The notes beneath the pieces were generated by a model. It saw nothing but the letters and a program-made list of their open reading frames with translations. It was not told where the DNA came from and made no database searches. The position numbers and the translations under genes are program-made. From Rhodobacterales bacterium (GTDB lineage Bacteria; Pseudomonadota; Alphaproteobacteria; Rhodobacterales; Rhodobacteraceae), in the NCBI GenBank assembly GCA_031406135.1, contig JANOGU010000239.1, positions 1-45,032 of the forward strand: a stretch of 45,032 nucleotides of DNA, in the 5' to 3' direction. Positions within the stretch are counted from its first letter, which is position 1, and every line of letters begins with the position of its first letter. This document shows, piece by piece, positions 26,665 to 35,312 of the stretch.

Positions 26665-27507
26665 GTGACCGGGAGTTTCGAGGCCTGGGCCGGGCGACGG
26701 GAGACGGCGGAAGATGCCGTCTCCGCCCGTGACGTGGCGCGGCTGGCGGCGACGCTGGCGCCGGATCATGCCGCGCTGGAGGCGGCCGAAGGGGCGGACC
26801 TGCCGGCGCTGTGGCACTGGCTGGCCTTTGCCCCGGCCGTGCCGGCGGCGGAGCTGGGCGTGGACGGACATCCGGCTCTGGGAAAGTTCCTGCCGCCGCT
26901 GGAGGGGCGGCGGCGGTTGTGGGCGGGGGGACGCTTGCGTTTCACGGCGCCGCTGAAGGTGGGCGAGCGGCTGCGGCGCGCCTCGGAGATCGTGAAGATC
27001 AGCGAGAAGGCCGGGGCGACCGGGTCGCTGGTCTTCGTGACGGTGACGCATGTGATCACCGGCGACGGTGGCGGGCGGGTCGAGGAAGAGCAGGACATCG
27101 TCTACGCCGCCCTGCCCGACCGTTTCACCCCGCCGCCGAAGCAGCCCGCGCCCGACGGGTCCATCTTCCGTCACGCCGCCCGCGTCGATCCGGTGGTGCT
27201 GTTCCGGTTCTCGGCGCTGACCTTCAACGCCCACCGCATTCACTTTGACCTTCCCTATGCGGTCGAGGCGGAGAAATACCCCTCGCTCGTGGTCCACGGG
27301 CCGCTGCAGGCGATCTGGATGATGGCGGCGGCGTGCCGCCATGCCGGCCGGCCGCCGGTGCAGTTCCGCTACCGCGGGTTGCATCCGCTGTTCCCCGAAG
27401 ACGCGCCGCAGGTGCTGGGCTGGGCCGGGGAGGCCGGCGCGCTGTCATTGGCGGTCGCGGCGGCAGCGGGGCACATGACGATGCAGGGCGAGGCGGGCTT
27501 CGCATGA
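26665..27507 (+). CDS. MaoC/HTD2-family hot-dog-fold acyl dehydratase (enoyl-CoA hydratase-like)
   Basis: GTG at 26665 after AAGGA, with TTG 26635 as an alternative. LWHWLAF...LWAGGRLRF and FSALTFNAHRIHFD resemble the COG3777 / mesaconyl-C4-CoA hydratase-like family. 280 aa. Confidence 0.65.
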   Translation: MTGSFEAWAGRRETAEDAVSARDVARLAATLAPDHAALEAAEGADLPALWHWLAFAPAVPAAELGVDGHPALGKFLPPLEGRRRLWAGGRLRFTAPLKVGERLRRASEIVKISEKAGATGSLVFVTVTHVITGDGGGRVEEEQDIVYAALPDRFTPPPKQPAPDGSIFRHAARVDPVVLFRFSALTFNAHRIHFDLPYAVEAEKYPSLVVHGPLQAIWMMAAACRHAGRPPVQFRYRGLHPLFPEDAPQVLGWAGEAGALSLAVAAAAGHMTMQGEAGFA

Positions 27508-28727
27508 GCGGGCCGCTGGCGGGGATGCGCGTGATCGAGGGCTCGGCCTTCGTGGCGGTGCCGCTGGCCGGGATGACGCTGGCGCAGATGGGCGCGGAGG
27601 TGATCCGCTTCGACCGCATCGGCGGGGGCCTGGACGCGCGGCGCTGGCCGGTGACGGCGGCGGGCGAGAGCCTGTTCTGGGCCGGCCTGAACAAGGGCAA
27701 GCGGTCGCTGGCGGTGGACATCAGCCGGCCCGAGGGGCAGGAGATCGTGCAGGCGCTGATCTGCGCGCCCGGGCCGGACGCGGGGCTCTACATCACCAAC
27801 CTTCGGGCGAAGGGATGGCTGGACTGGCCGGCGCTGGCGGCGCGGCGGGAGGACCTGGTGATGGTCAGCCTGACCGGCACCCGGCGCGGAGAGCCCGCGG
27901 TGGACTACACCGTCAATGCGGCGGTGGGGTTTCCGATGGCCACGGGGCCGGAGGGGTCGGCCGATCCGGTGGCCCATGTGCTGCCGGCCTGGGACTGTGT
28001 GGCGGGGCAGACGGTGGTGGCGACGCTCCTGGCGGCGGAACGGCACCGGCTGAAGACGGGGCGGGGCCAGCTGGCGGAACTGTCGCTGAAGGACGTGGCG
28101 GCGGCGATGGTGGCGAACCTTGGAATTCTGGGCGAGGTGCAGGTCAACGGCGTGGACCGCGCCAAGGCCGGCAATGCGGTCTACGGCGCCTTCGGGCAGG
28201 ACTTCCTGCTGGGTTGCGGAAGGCGGGTGATCGTGGTCGGACTGACCGACCGGCAGTGGCGCGGGATCGTGCAGGTGCTGGGCCTCGCCGAGGCGGTGGC
28301 GGCGCTGGGGGCGCGGCTGGGCCTCGACCTGTCGCGGGAAGGCGACCGCTGGCGGGCAAGGGCCGAGATCGCGGCGCTGGCCGCGCCCTGGTTCGCGGCG
28401 CGGCGGCTGGAGCAGGTGGCGCCGCTGTTCGACCGCGCCGGGCTGACCTGGTCGGTGTTCCGCAGCTTTGCCGGGGCTGTGGCGGAGGACCCCGACCTGT
28501 CGGCGGACAACCCGATGTTCGCGCGGATCGACCAGCCGGGGATCGGGCCGCTGCTGGCGCCGGGCAGCCCGGTTTCCTGGGGCGCCCATCCGCGGCAGCC
28601 CCCTGCCCCGGCGCCGCGGCTGGGCGCGGATACCGAGGCGATCCTGGCGGAGGTGCTGGGGCTGGGGTCGGGGCAGATCGGCCGGCTGATGGATGCGGGT
28701 GTGGTCAGCGGACCGGCAAGCGTTTGA
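27504..28727 (+). CDS. Family III (CaiB/BaiF) CoA-transferase
   Basis: ATGA overlap with the upstream gene. GMRVIEGSAFVAVPLAGMTLAQMGAEVIRFD is the family N-terminal signature. 407 aa. Confidence 0.85.
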   Translation: MSGPLAGMRVIEGSAFVAVPLAGMTLAQMGAEVIRFDRIGGGLDARRWPVTAAGESLFWAGLNKGKRSLAVDISRPEGQEIVQALICAPGPDAGLYITNLRAKGWLDWPALAARREDLVMVSLTGTRRGEPAVDYTVNAAVGFPMATGPEGSADPVAHVLPAWDCVAGQTVVATLLAAERHRLKTGRGQLAELSLKDVAAAMVANLGILGEVQVNGVDRAKAGNAVYGAFGQDFLLGCGRRVIVVGLTDRQWRGIVQVLGLAEAVAALGARLGLDLSREGDRWRARAEIAALAAPWFAARRLEQVAPLFDRAGLTWSVFRSFAGAVAEDPDLSADNPMFARIDQPGIGPLLAPGSPVSWGAHPRQPPAPAPRLGADTEAILAEVLGLGSGQIGRLMDAGVVSGPASV

Positions 28728-28771
28728 TTGCCCTGATGGCAGCGGCTAGACTGCCGTGACGGGAGGCACTG

Positions 28772-29224
28772 ATGTTCCCCTTGGCGCAACCATCCGACCT
28801 GGCGCGTGTGACGGCCTGCGTGCGGGCCGCCTATGAGCCATCCGCCGCCGAGATCGGTGTGCGGCTGGCACCGCTCGACACCGACTATGCTGCGTCGATT
28901 GCCCGCAACGAGGTGCACCTGAGTCTGACGCCCGACGGTGAGGTGGACGGGCTGATCCTCTTTCGCGCCGAGCCGCCGGTCATGCACCTGGACAACGTGG
29001 CCGTGCCGCCTGCGGGACAGGGCAAGGGCATCGGCGGCCGGCTGATCGCCTTTTGCGAGGGCGAGGCGCGCCGGCTGGGCTGCACATCGGTCGAGCTTTA
29101 CACCAACCAGATGCTGCTGCGGAACATCGCCATCTATCTTCGCCTTGGCTACGAGGTGACGGATCGCCGGCTGGACGAGGGCTTCCATCGCATCTTCTTC
29201 CGCAAGCGGCTGCCGCCGGGCTAG
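28772..29224 (+). CDS. GNAT-family N-acetyltransferase
   Basis: 150 aa. The SD GGGAGG lies upstream. Acetyl-CoA motif VAVPPAGQGKGIGGRLI. Confidence 0.8.
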   Translation: MFPLAQPSDLARVTACVRAAYEPSAAEIGVRLAPLDTDYAASIARNEVHLSLTPDGEVDGLILFRAEPPVMHLDNVAVPPAGQGKGIGGRLIAFCEGEARRLGCTSVELYTNQMLLRNIAIYLRLGYEVTDRRLDEGFHRIFFRKRLPPG

Positions 29225-30567
29225 GCACCCGGTCCGTTCCGGTCCTCCGCCAGCGCCCCGTATTCCGCTGCCTGCCGGGCGGTCCAGCGGATCGCGAGGT
29301 GCCAGCCGGTGTCGTCCTCGCGCTCTTCGGCGACCACGCCGGCGGCGTGCAGCCAGGCGCGGCGGCGGCCCTCGGCGAAGCTCAGCTGCAGGCGGGCGGC
29401 GGTGACGGGTTCGGCCAGCGCCGCGGTGATCGCGTCGAGCAGCGCCGCGATGCCCTCGCCGGTCAGAGCGGAAATGATGCGCACGCCCTGCCCCGCCTGG
29501 CCCGTGAGCGCGGTGCGGGCGGAGCCCTCCACGAGGTCGAACTTGTTCCAGAGCTCGATCCTGGGCGTGGTCTCGGCCACCCCCAGCGCGCCCAGGATGT
29601 CGGCCACGTCGGCGGCCTGTTCGGCGGTCTCGGGATGGCTGATGTCGCGCACATGCAGGATCAGGTCGGCCTCCAGCACCTCTTCCAGCGTGGCGCGGAA
29701 GGCGGCGACAAGCTCGGTCGGCAGGTCGGAGATGAAGCCCACGGTGTCGGACAGGATGACCTTGCGGCCCCCCGAAGTTCCGGGCGGCAGCGTGACGCCG
29801 CGCATGGTCGGGTCGAGCGTGGCGAAGAGCATGTCGCGGGCCAGCACCTCGGCCCCGGTCATCCGGTTGAACAGCGTGGACTTGCCGGCGTTGGTGTAGC
29901 CGACCAGCGCCACCACCGGGAACGGCACCTTGCGCCGGGCGGCGCGGTGCAGCTCGCGCGTGCGCACCACGCGGTCAAGCTGGCGGTGCAGCTTGACCAC
30001 CTGCTCGTCGATCGCCCGGCGATCGGCCTCGATCTGCGTCTCGCCCGGGCCGCCGACAAAGCCGAAGCCGCCGCGCTGGCGTTCGAGGTGGGTCCAGGCA
30101 CGCACCAGGCGGGTGCGCTGGTAGCTGAGCGCGGCCAGTTCGACCTGCAGCACGCCTTCCCGTGTTCGGGCGCGGTCGGCGAAGATCTCGAGGATCAGTC
30201 CGGTGCGGTCGAGGACCTTGCAGCCCCATTGCTTTTCCAGGTTGCGCTGCTGCACCGGCCCCACCGGCCCGTCCACCAGCACCAGATCGACCGCGCCGGC
30301 GAAGCGGTCCTTCAGTTCGGCGACCTTGCCCGAGCCGAACAGCGTGCCCGGCGCGACGCGGCCGATGCGCACCACCTCGGCGCCTGCGACGGTCAGCCCC
30401 GGAAGGGCAGCGGCGAGGGCCACCGCCTCGGCCAGCCCGTGTTCGGGCAGCCGACGCTTGCGGACGGACTTGCGGTCCGGGTGCAGGACGAAGGCGCGCG
30501 TGGGCTTGGCCGCGGTCTCGTGCGACCGCGCCGCCCGCCGCTCCTCGAAGAGGTCGTCGTCGGTAAT
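29221..30567 (-). CDS. hflX: GTPase HflX
   Basis: Contains DRTGLILEIFADRARTREG, LSYQRTRLVRAWTHLERQRGG, the G1 motif GYTNAGKST and DTVGFI. The 5' end is uncertain because no ATG/GTG/TTG lies between the hfq stop and the conserved N-domain. The coordinate assumes ATT at 30565-30567. The alternative is CTG at 30568-30570. Confidence 0.8.
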   Translation of the reverse strand: MTDDDLFEERRAARSHETAAKPTRAFVLHPDRKSVRKRRLPEHGLAEAVALAAALPGLTVAGAEVVRIGRVAPGTLFGSGKVAELKDRFAGAVDLVLVDGPVGPVQQRNLEKQWGCKVLDRTGLILEIFADRARTREGVLQVELAALSYQRTRLVRAWTHLERQRGGFGFVGGPGETQIEADRRAIDEQVVKLHRQLDRVVRTRELHRAARRKVPFPVVALVGYTNAGKSTLFNRMTGAEVLARDMLFATLDPTMRGVTLPPGTSGGRKVILSDTVGFISDLPTELVAAFRATLEEVLEADLILHVRDISHPETAEQAADVADILGALGVAETTPRIELWNKFDLVEGSARTALTGQAGQGVRIISALTGEGIAALLDAITAALAEPVTAARLQLSFAEGRRRAWLHAAGVVAEEREDDTGWHLAIRWTARQAAEYGALAEDRNGPGA

Positions 30568-30800
30568 CAGTCTTCGCCTTCGTAGAGGTTGATCGCGGCG
30601 CCGGGCATGATCGTGGAGATCGCGTGCTTGTAGACAAGCTGCGACTGTCCGTCGCGGCGCAGGAGCACGCAGAAATTGTCGAACCAGCTGATGACGCCCT
30701 GCAACTTGACGCCGTTGATCAGGAAGATGGTGACCGCAACCTTGGATTTGCGGACGTGGTTGAGAAACGCATCCTGAAGATTCTGCTTGTCGCCAGCCAT
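30567..30800 (-). CDS. hfq: RNA chaperone Hfq
   Basis: [66 protein letters not shown] carries the Sm1/Sm2 motifs. 77 aa. Confidence 0.95.
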   Translation of the reverse strand: MAGDKQNLQDAFLNHVRKSKVAVTIFLINGVKLQGVISWFDNFCVLLRRDGQSQLVYKHAISTIMPGAAINLYEGED

Positions 30801-30915
30801 GGCCGCTGCCTTTTTTTCTTTTCTGTTCCGTCCCCGCGGGTGCCCACCTGCACCGGGAAATGCCGGACGCCATGGACGCGAACCGAGTATGGACCGGGAA
30901 CGCGCGGACAATCCA

Positions 30916-30945
30916 GCACAAAAAACAGGCCGTTAGGCCCCGCCC
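30916..30945 (-). terminator. Weak terminator-like hairpin plus T6 after trkH
   Basis: The minus strand reads GGCC-UAAC-GGCC-UG-UUUUUU directly after the trkH stop. The stem is only 4 bp. Confidence 0.3.
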
Positions 30946-32460
30946 CTAGCGCTGCCAGGAGAGCGGGGTCAGAAGCGCGAGCACCGCCAGCACTTCCAGC
31001 CGTCCGGCAATCATGGCGAAGGCCAGGATGGCCTTCACCGGCGCGCCGAAATCGTCGTAGAGGATCGGCGCATCGACGGCGACCTGGGCCAGCGGGCCGG
31101 TGTTGGTGACGGCGGCGATGGTCAGGACCATCGCGTGTTCGAAATTGACCTGGGCCAGCGACAGCGCCCCGATCACCACGGCGAGGGTGACCGCGAACAG
31201 CATGAAGTAGATCCAGGCCGCATAGGCGCCCTCGTTGCGCAGCCGCCGTTCGAGTTCGCCGCCGCCCTCGACCGAATTCGGGTAGACGATCCGGTTCAGC
31301 TCGCGTTCGCCGTGGCGGGCGAGCGCGTAGACCCGCAGGAGCTTGAGCCCGCCCGCCGTGGTGGCGATGCCGCCGCCCATCATCGCGAGCCCGAGCAGGA
31401 TCAGTCCCGGGGCCGGAATTCCGGCCCAGTTGCGCGACGCTTCCCAGCCCGCGCTTTCGAAGCCGGTGGTGGTCAGGAAACTCAGCGCGGTGAACAGCGC
31501 CCCCCAGAGCGCGTGCAGCGCGGCGCCGAGGTTCTCGCCCTCGCCGAGGTCGATGGCGACGATCCAGTTGCGCAGCAGCACCGCCGCCGGGACCAGCGTG
31601 AGGAAGATCATGGCGAGGCGCACCTCGTGGTCGCGCCACAGCGGCAGCGTCCGGTCGGCCATGGCGGTGCCGGGCAGGCTGCGGCGGGTCAGGGCGAGGA
31701 GCAGGAAGGCAAACACGAAGACCTCGGTGAGAATTCCTGAAAAGGCGGACTGAAGGCCGCTGCCGGGCAGGATGCCGCTGGTCGAGAGCGTCGAGAGCGC
31801 CAGCGTCATCGCCAGCAGCCCGTCTTCGCCACCGATCAGCAGGAGTACCCAGAGCGCCAGCGTCAGGCCGGTGTAGGCGGGCAGGATGACCAGCGTGTGC
31901 CGCACCAGCCGCTCGGCCGGATCGGCGATCCGCGAGATCTGCATCCCGCCGGCAACGCGCCCCGGCACCCGGCCGGTGGTGACCTCGGTCCCGCCGAGGT
32001 TCAGCGGCGCCAGGATCGCCGCGCCCGCGATCAGGATGAAGGCGCCGCCGATCCAGCCCACGAGCGCCCGCCAGAGGTGGATCGACGGCACCAGGGCATC
32101 ATCGGCGTCAAACAGCGTGGCGCCGGTCGTGGTCAAGCAGGACACCATCTCGAACCAGGCATCGACAAAGGCGGTCTCGGGCCGCGCCTGCAGCAGCGGC
32201 AGGGCAAGGACCGCGGGCAGCACGATGAAGGCGCCGACGAGCGAGGCGAGCAGGCTGCGCGGGACGTCGGCGGGCCGGTAATTCGAGGTGGCGACCGCCA
32301 CCATCCCGATCAGCACCAGAACGAGGACCGCGGAGTAGAAGAACGCGCGGGCCACGCGGTGCTGGTCCATGGCGCTGGCATGAGCCGCCGGCAGCAGCAT
32401 CGCCAGCGCCGCCACCCCCGTAAGGATCACCAACAAGGGCAGGTTGGAGAGCCGCGTCAT
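30946..32460 (-). CDS. trkH: TrkH-family potassium uptake membrane protein
   Basis: 504 aa from the ATG at 32458-32460. Multi-TM protein with selectivity-filter-like motifs CLTTTGATL, TLSTSGILP and FLTTTGFES. Confidence 0.9.
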   Translation of the reverse strand: MTRLSNLPLLVILTGVAALAMLLPAAHASAMDQHRVARAFFYSAVLVLVLIGMVAVATSNYRPADVPRSLLASLVGAFIVLPAVLALPLLQARPETAFVDAWFEMVSCLTTTGATLFDADDALVPSIHLWRALVGWIGGAFILIAGAAILAPLNLGGTEVTTGRVPGRVAGGMQISRIADPAERLVRHTLVILPAYTGLTLALWVLLLIGGEDGLLAMTLALSTLSTSGILPGSGLQSAFSGILTEVFVFAFLLLALTRRSLPGTAMADRTLPLWRDHEVRLAMIFLTLVPAAVLLRNWIVAIDLGEGENLGAALHALWGALFTALSFLTTTGFESAGWEASRNWAGIPAPGLILLGLAMMGGGIATTAGGLKLLRVYALARHGERELNRIVYPNSVEGGGELERRLRNEGAYAAWIYFMLFAVTLAVVIGALSLAQVNFEHAMVLTIAAVTNTGPLAQVAVDAPILYDDFGAPVKAILAFAMIAGRLEVLAVLALLTPLSWQR

Positions 32461-32464
32461 CGGG

Positions 32465-33841
32465 TCAGAAGAAGTCGATCGAGACCTGCAGGAGCCGCTC
32501 GACCTCCGGCACGTCCTTGGCCATGGCAAAGAGCGCGATCACGTTGCCTTCCTCCAGCCGCAGGTCGCCGGTGGGCTTGAGCACCTTGTCCCCCTTCATC
32601 ACCGCGCCGACGAGGACGCCCTCGGGGAACACGATGTAGCGGATGTAGCGGCCGGCCATCGGCGAGGTGGACAGGACCTGCGCCTCGATCATCTCGGCCT
32701 CGGCATCGCCGATGGAATAGACCGCGCGCACCTTGCCGTGCCGGATGTGGCGCAGGATCGAGGACACCGTCGTGGCCCGCGGGTTGATGTAGGCGTCGAT
32801 GTCGAGCGCCCCCATCAGCGGCACCAGCGTCGGGTCGTTCACCAGCGCGATGGCCATCTGGCAGCCGGCCTGCTTGGCACGGACGGCGGCCAGGAGGTTG
32901 GTCTTGTCGTCTTCGGTCAGCGTCAGCACCGCGTCGGCACGGTCGATCCCGGCCTCGGCCAGCATCTCGCTGTCCATGCCGTCGCCGTTCAGCACGATGG
33001 TGCGTTCCAGCGTGTCGGCGGCGTGCTCGGCCCGGGGGCGTTTCTTCTCGATGATCTTGGCCCGTACCCGGTCGGTCCGGGCCTCCAGCGCGCGGGCGAC
33101 GCCGAGGCCGACATTGCCGCCGCCGATGATGACGATGCGGCTCTGCTTCTTCGTCGCCTTGCCAAAGATTTCCAGCGTGCGGTTCATGTCCTCGGTGTGG
33201 CTGAAGACGTAGATCCGGTCGCCGGCAAACAGCTGGTCGCCGGCGTCCGGGGCGAAAAGGTGGTCCTCGCGGCGGATGCCGACGACGATGGCGCGCAGCG
33301 TGGAGAAGAGTTCGGACAATTGCCGCAGCGGCGTGTTGAGGACCGGGCAGTCCGCGTCCAGCAGGATGCCGAGCAACTGCGCCCGTCCGCCCATGAAGCT
33401 TTCGGTGTCGAAGGTCGCGGGCGCGGCGAGGCGTTGCAGGACCGCCTCGGCCACTTCTTTTTCCGGCGAGATCACCACGTCGATGGGCAGGTGGCCTTGC
33501 GCGTAGAGGTCGGAATAAGCCGGATCGAGGTAACTGCCGGCGCGGATCCGGGCGATCTTGCGGGTGACGTTGAAAATCGCCTGCGCCACCTCGCAGGTGA
33601 CCATGTTCACCTCGTCGGAGTGGGTCGCCGCGATGATCATGTCGGCGTCGCGCGCGCCGGCGCGTTCCAGAACGTCGGGGTGGCTGGAAAAGCCCGCGAC
33701 GCCCTTTACATCGAGGGTTTCGGTGGCGCGGCGTACCAGATCGGGGTTCATGTCGACCACGGTGACGTCGTTCTTCTCGCCCGCCAGATGCCGCGCGATC
33801 TGCCAGCCGACCTGACCCGCGCCGCAGATGATGACTTTCAC
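32465..33841 (-). CDS. trkA: Trk system NAD-binding component TrkA
   Basis: 458 aa with a GTG start. Two Rossmann repeats (KVIICGAGQVGWQIA and IVIIGGGNVGLGVA) and RCK_C domains. Confidence 0.95.
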   Translation of the reverse strand: MKVIICGAGQVGWQIARHLAGEKNDVTVVDMNPDLVRRATETLDVKGVAGFSSHPDVLERAGARDADMIIAATHSDEVNMVTCEVAQAIFNVTRKIARIRAGSYLDPAYSDLYAQGHLPIDVVISPEKEVAEAVLQRLAAPATFDTESFMGGRAQLLGILLDADCPVLNTPLRQLSELFSTLRAIVVGIRREDHLFAPDAGDQLFAGDRIYVFSHTEDMNRTLEIFGKATKKQSRIVIIGGGNVGLGVARALEARTDRVRAKIIEKKRPRAEHAADTLERTIVLNGDGMDSEMLAEAGIDRADAVLTLTEDDKTNLLAAVRAKQAGCQMAIALVNDPTLVPLMGALDIDAYINPRATTVSSILRHIRHGKVRAVYSIGDAEAEMIEAQVLSTSPMAGRYIRYIVFPEGVLVGAVMKGDKVLKPTGDLRLEEGNVIALFAMAKDVPEVERLLQVSIDFF

Positions 33842-33898
33842 CGAGAGGCTCCCGTCTGGTCCGGCAGGACTTTGGCAGAAGCGGCGGCGGAGTTCAAT

Positions 33899-35311
33899 TC
33901 AGCCGTCCTCTGCCTCGCCGTCCTCCTGCCCGCCCGGCCGCCCGCCAGCCTTGGAGCCGCCGACCACGCCCAGCGACTTGAGCTTGCGGTGCAGCGCCGA
34001 GCGTTCCATGCCGACGAAGTTCGCCGTCCGGCTGATGTTGCCGCCGAAGCGGTTGATCTGGGTCAGCAGGTATTCCTTCTCGAACAACTCGCGCGCCTCG
34101 CGCAGCGGCAGCGTCGCCAGCGCACCGCCGACCACGAGCTTGCCGTCGTCCTCGGCCGGGCCGTCGCGGGCGGGCAGTTCCCGCGCCTCGATCTGGCCGC
34201 CGCTCTCGCCGAGGATCAGCACCCGTTCGACCACGTTGCGCAACTGGCGGACGTTGCCGGGCCAGGACATGGTCTGCAGCATCGCCTCGGCTTCGACAGT
34301 GAGCTTGCGCTGCGGCAGGCCCTGGCTGCGGTGGAAGTGGTCGATGAAGTGTTTCGCCAGCGGCGGGATGTCCTCGCGACGGTCCTCGAGCGCCGGGACC
34401 ACGATGGGCACCACGTTCAGCCGGTCGTAGAGCTCTTGCCGGAAGCGCCCGGCCCTGATCTCCGACCGCAGGTCGCGGGTGGTGGAAGAGACCACCCGCA
34501 GGTCGACACGCACCTTGTCGGTGCCGCCGGAGCGGCTGAACTGTTGTTCGGTCAGCACGCGGAGGATTTTCGACTGCGTGCCGGGCGGCATGTCGGCGAC
34601 CTCGTCGAAATAGACCACGCCGCCGTGGGCCTGTTCCAGGAGCCCCTTTTCAAGGCCGCGGTCGGCGGTCTCGCGGCCGAACAAGACCTCCTCCATCCGG
34701 TCGGGTTCCACCGTGGCAGAGGTAACGGTGACGAACGGCCCCGCGGCGCGGGTGGACTGGGAATGGATGTAGCGGGCGGCCATTTCCTTGCCGCAGCCCG
34801 GGCCGCCGGTCAGCATGACCCGGGCGTTGGACTTGGTGACCTTGTCGAGATTCGACTTCAGCGTGCGGAAGGCCGAGGAGTTGCCCACCATGTCCGAGGT
34901 GGTGACCTCGCGCTTGCGCAGGTCGGCGTTCTCGCGGCGCAGCTTGCTGGCCTCCATCGCGCGGCTGACCACCACCAGCAACTGGTCGATGTTGAACGGC
35001 TTTTCGATGAAGTCGTAGGCGCCCTGCCTGATCGCGGCGACGGCGATCTCGATGTTGCCGTGACCGGAGATGATGACCACAGGCACATCCGGGTTGTCGC
35101 GCTTGACCGCCTTGAGGATGTCGATGCCATCCATCTGGCTGTCCTTGAGCCAGATATCGAGGATCATCAGCGACGGCGGATCGGCGTTGACCTCGGCCAT
35201 GCAGTCGTCCGACGACCCCGCGAGGCGCACCACGTAGCCTTCGTCGCGCAGGATGTCCCCGATCAGCTCGCGGATGTCCTTCTCGTCGTCCACGATCAGG
35301 ATGCCACTCAT
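33899..35311 (-). CDS. ntrX: Response regulator NtrX (receiver + AAA+ + HTH)
   Basis: 470 aa. Receiver ILIVDDEKDIR...MILDIWL, Walker A GGPGCGKE, and a C-terminal Fis-type HTH. It follows ntrY with a 1-nt gap. Confidence 0.9.
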   Translation of the reverse strand: MSGILIVDDEKDIRELIGDILRDEGYVVRLAGSSDDCMAEVNADPPSLMILDIWLKDSQMDGIDILKAVKRDNPDVPVVIISGHGNIEIAVAAIRQGAYDFIEKPFNIDQLLVVVSRAMEASKLRRENADLRKREVTTSDMVGNSSAFRTLKSNLDKVTKSNARVMLTGGPGCGKEMAARYIHSQSTRAAGPFVTVTSATVEPDRMEEVLFGRETADRGLEKGLLEQAHGGVVYFDEVADMPPGTQSKILRVLTEQQFSRSGGTDKVRVDLRVVSSTTRDLRSEIRAGRFRQELYDRLNVVPIVVPALEDRREDIPPLAKHFIDHFHRSQGLPQRKLTVEAEAMLQTMSWPGNVRQLRNVVERVLILGESGGQIEARELPARDGPAEDDGKLVVGGALATLPLREARELFEKEYLLTQINRFGGNISRTANFVGMERSALHRKLKSLGVVGGSKAGGRPGGQEDGEAEDG

Positions 35312-35312
35312 C

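Noticed and set aside
28747-28758. The 12-mer TAGACTGCCGTG is shared with 44958..44969 inside the IS transposase fragment, which might mark an IS remnant
   Set aside because: A single 12-nt match is within chance expectation for all-against-all comparison of 45 kb of biased composition. The flanks do not extend the similarity.
29221-30921. Full 566-aa ORF-track model for hflX starting at TTG 30921
   Set aside because: It would read through the entire hfq gene and its leader in another frame and add ~115 non-conserved basic residues. The HflX homology only begins just after the hfq stop.
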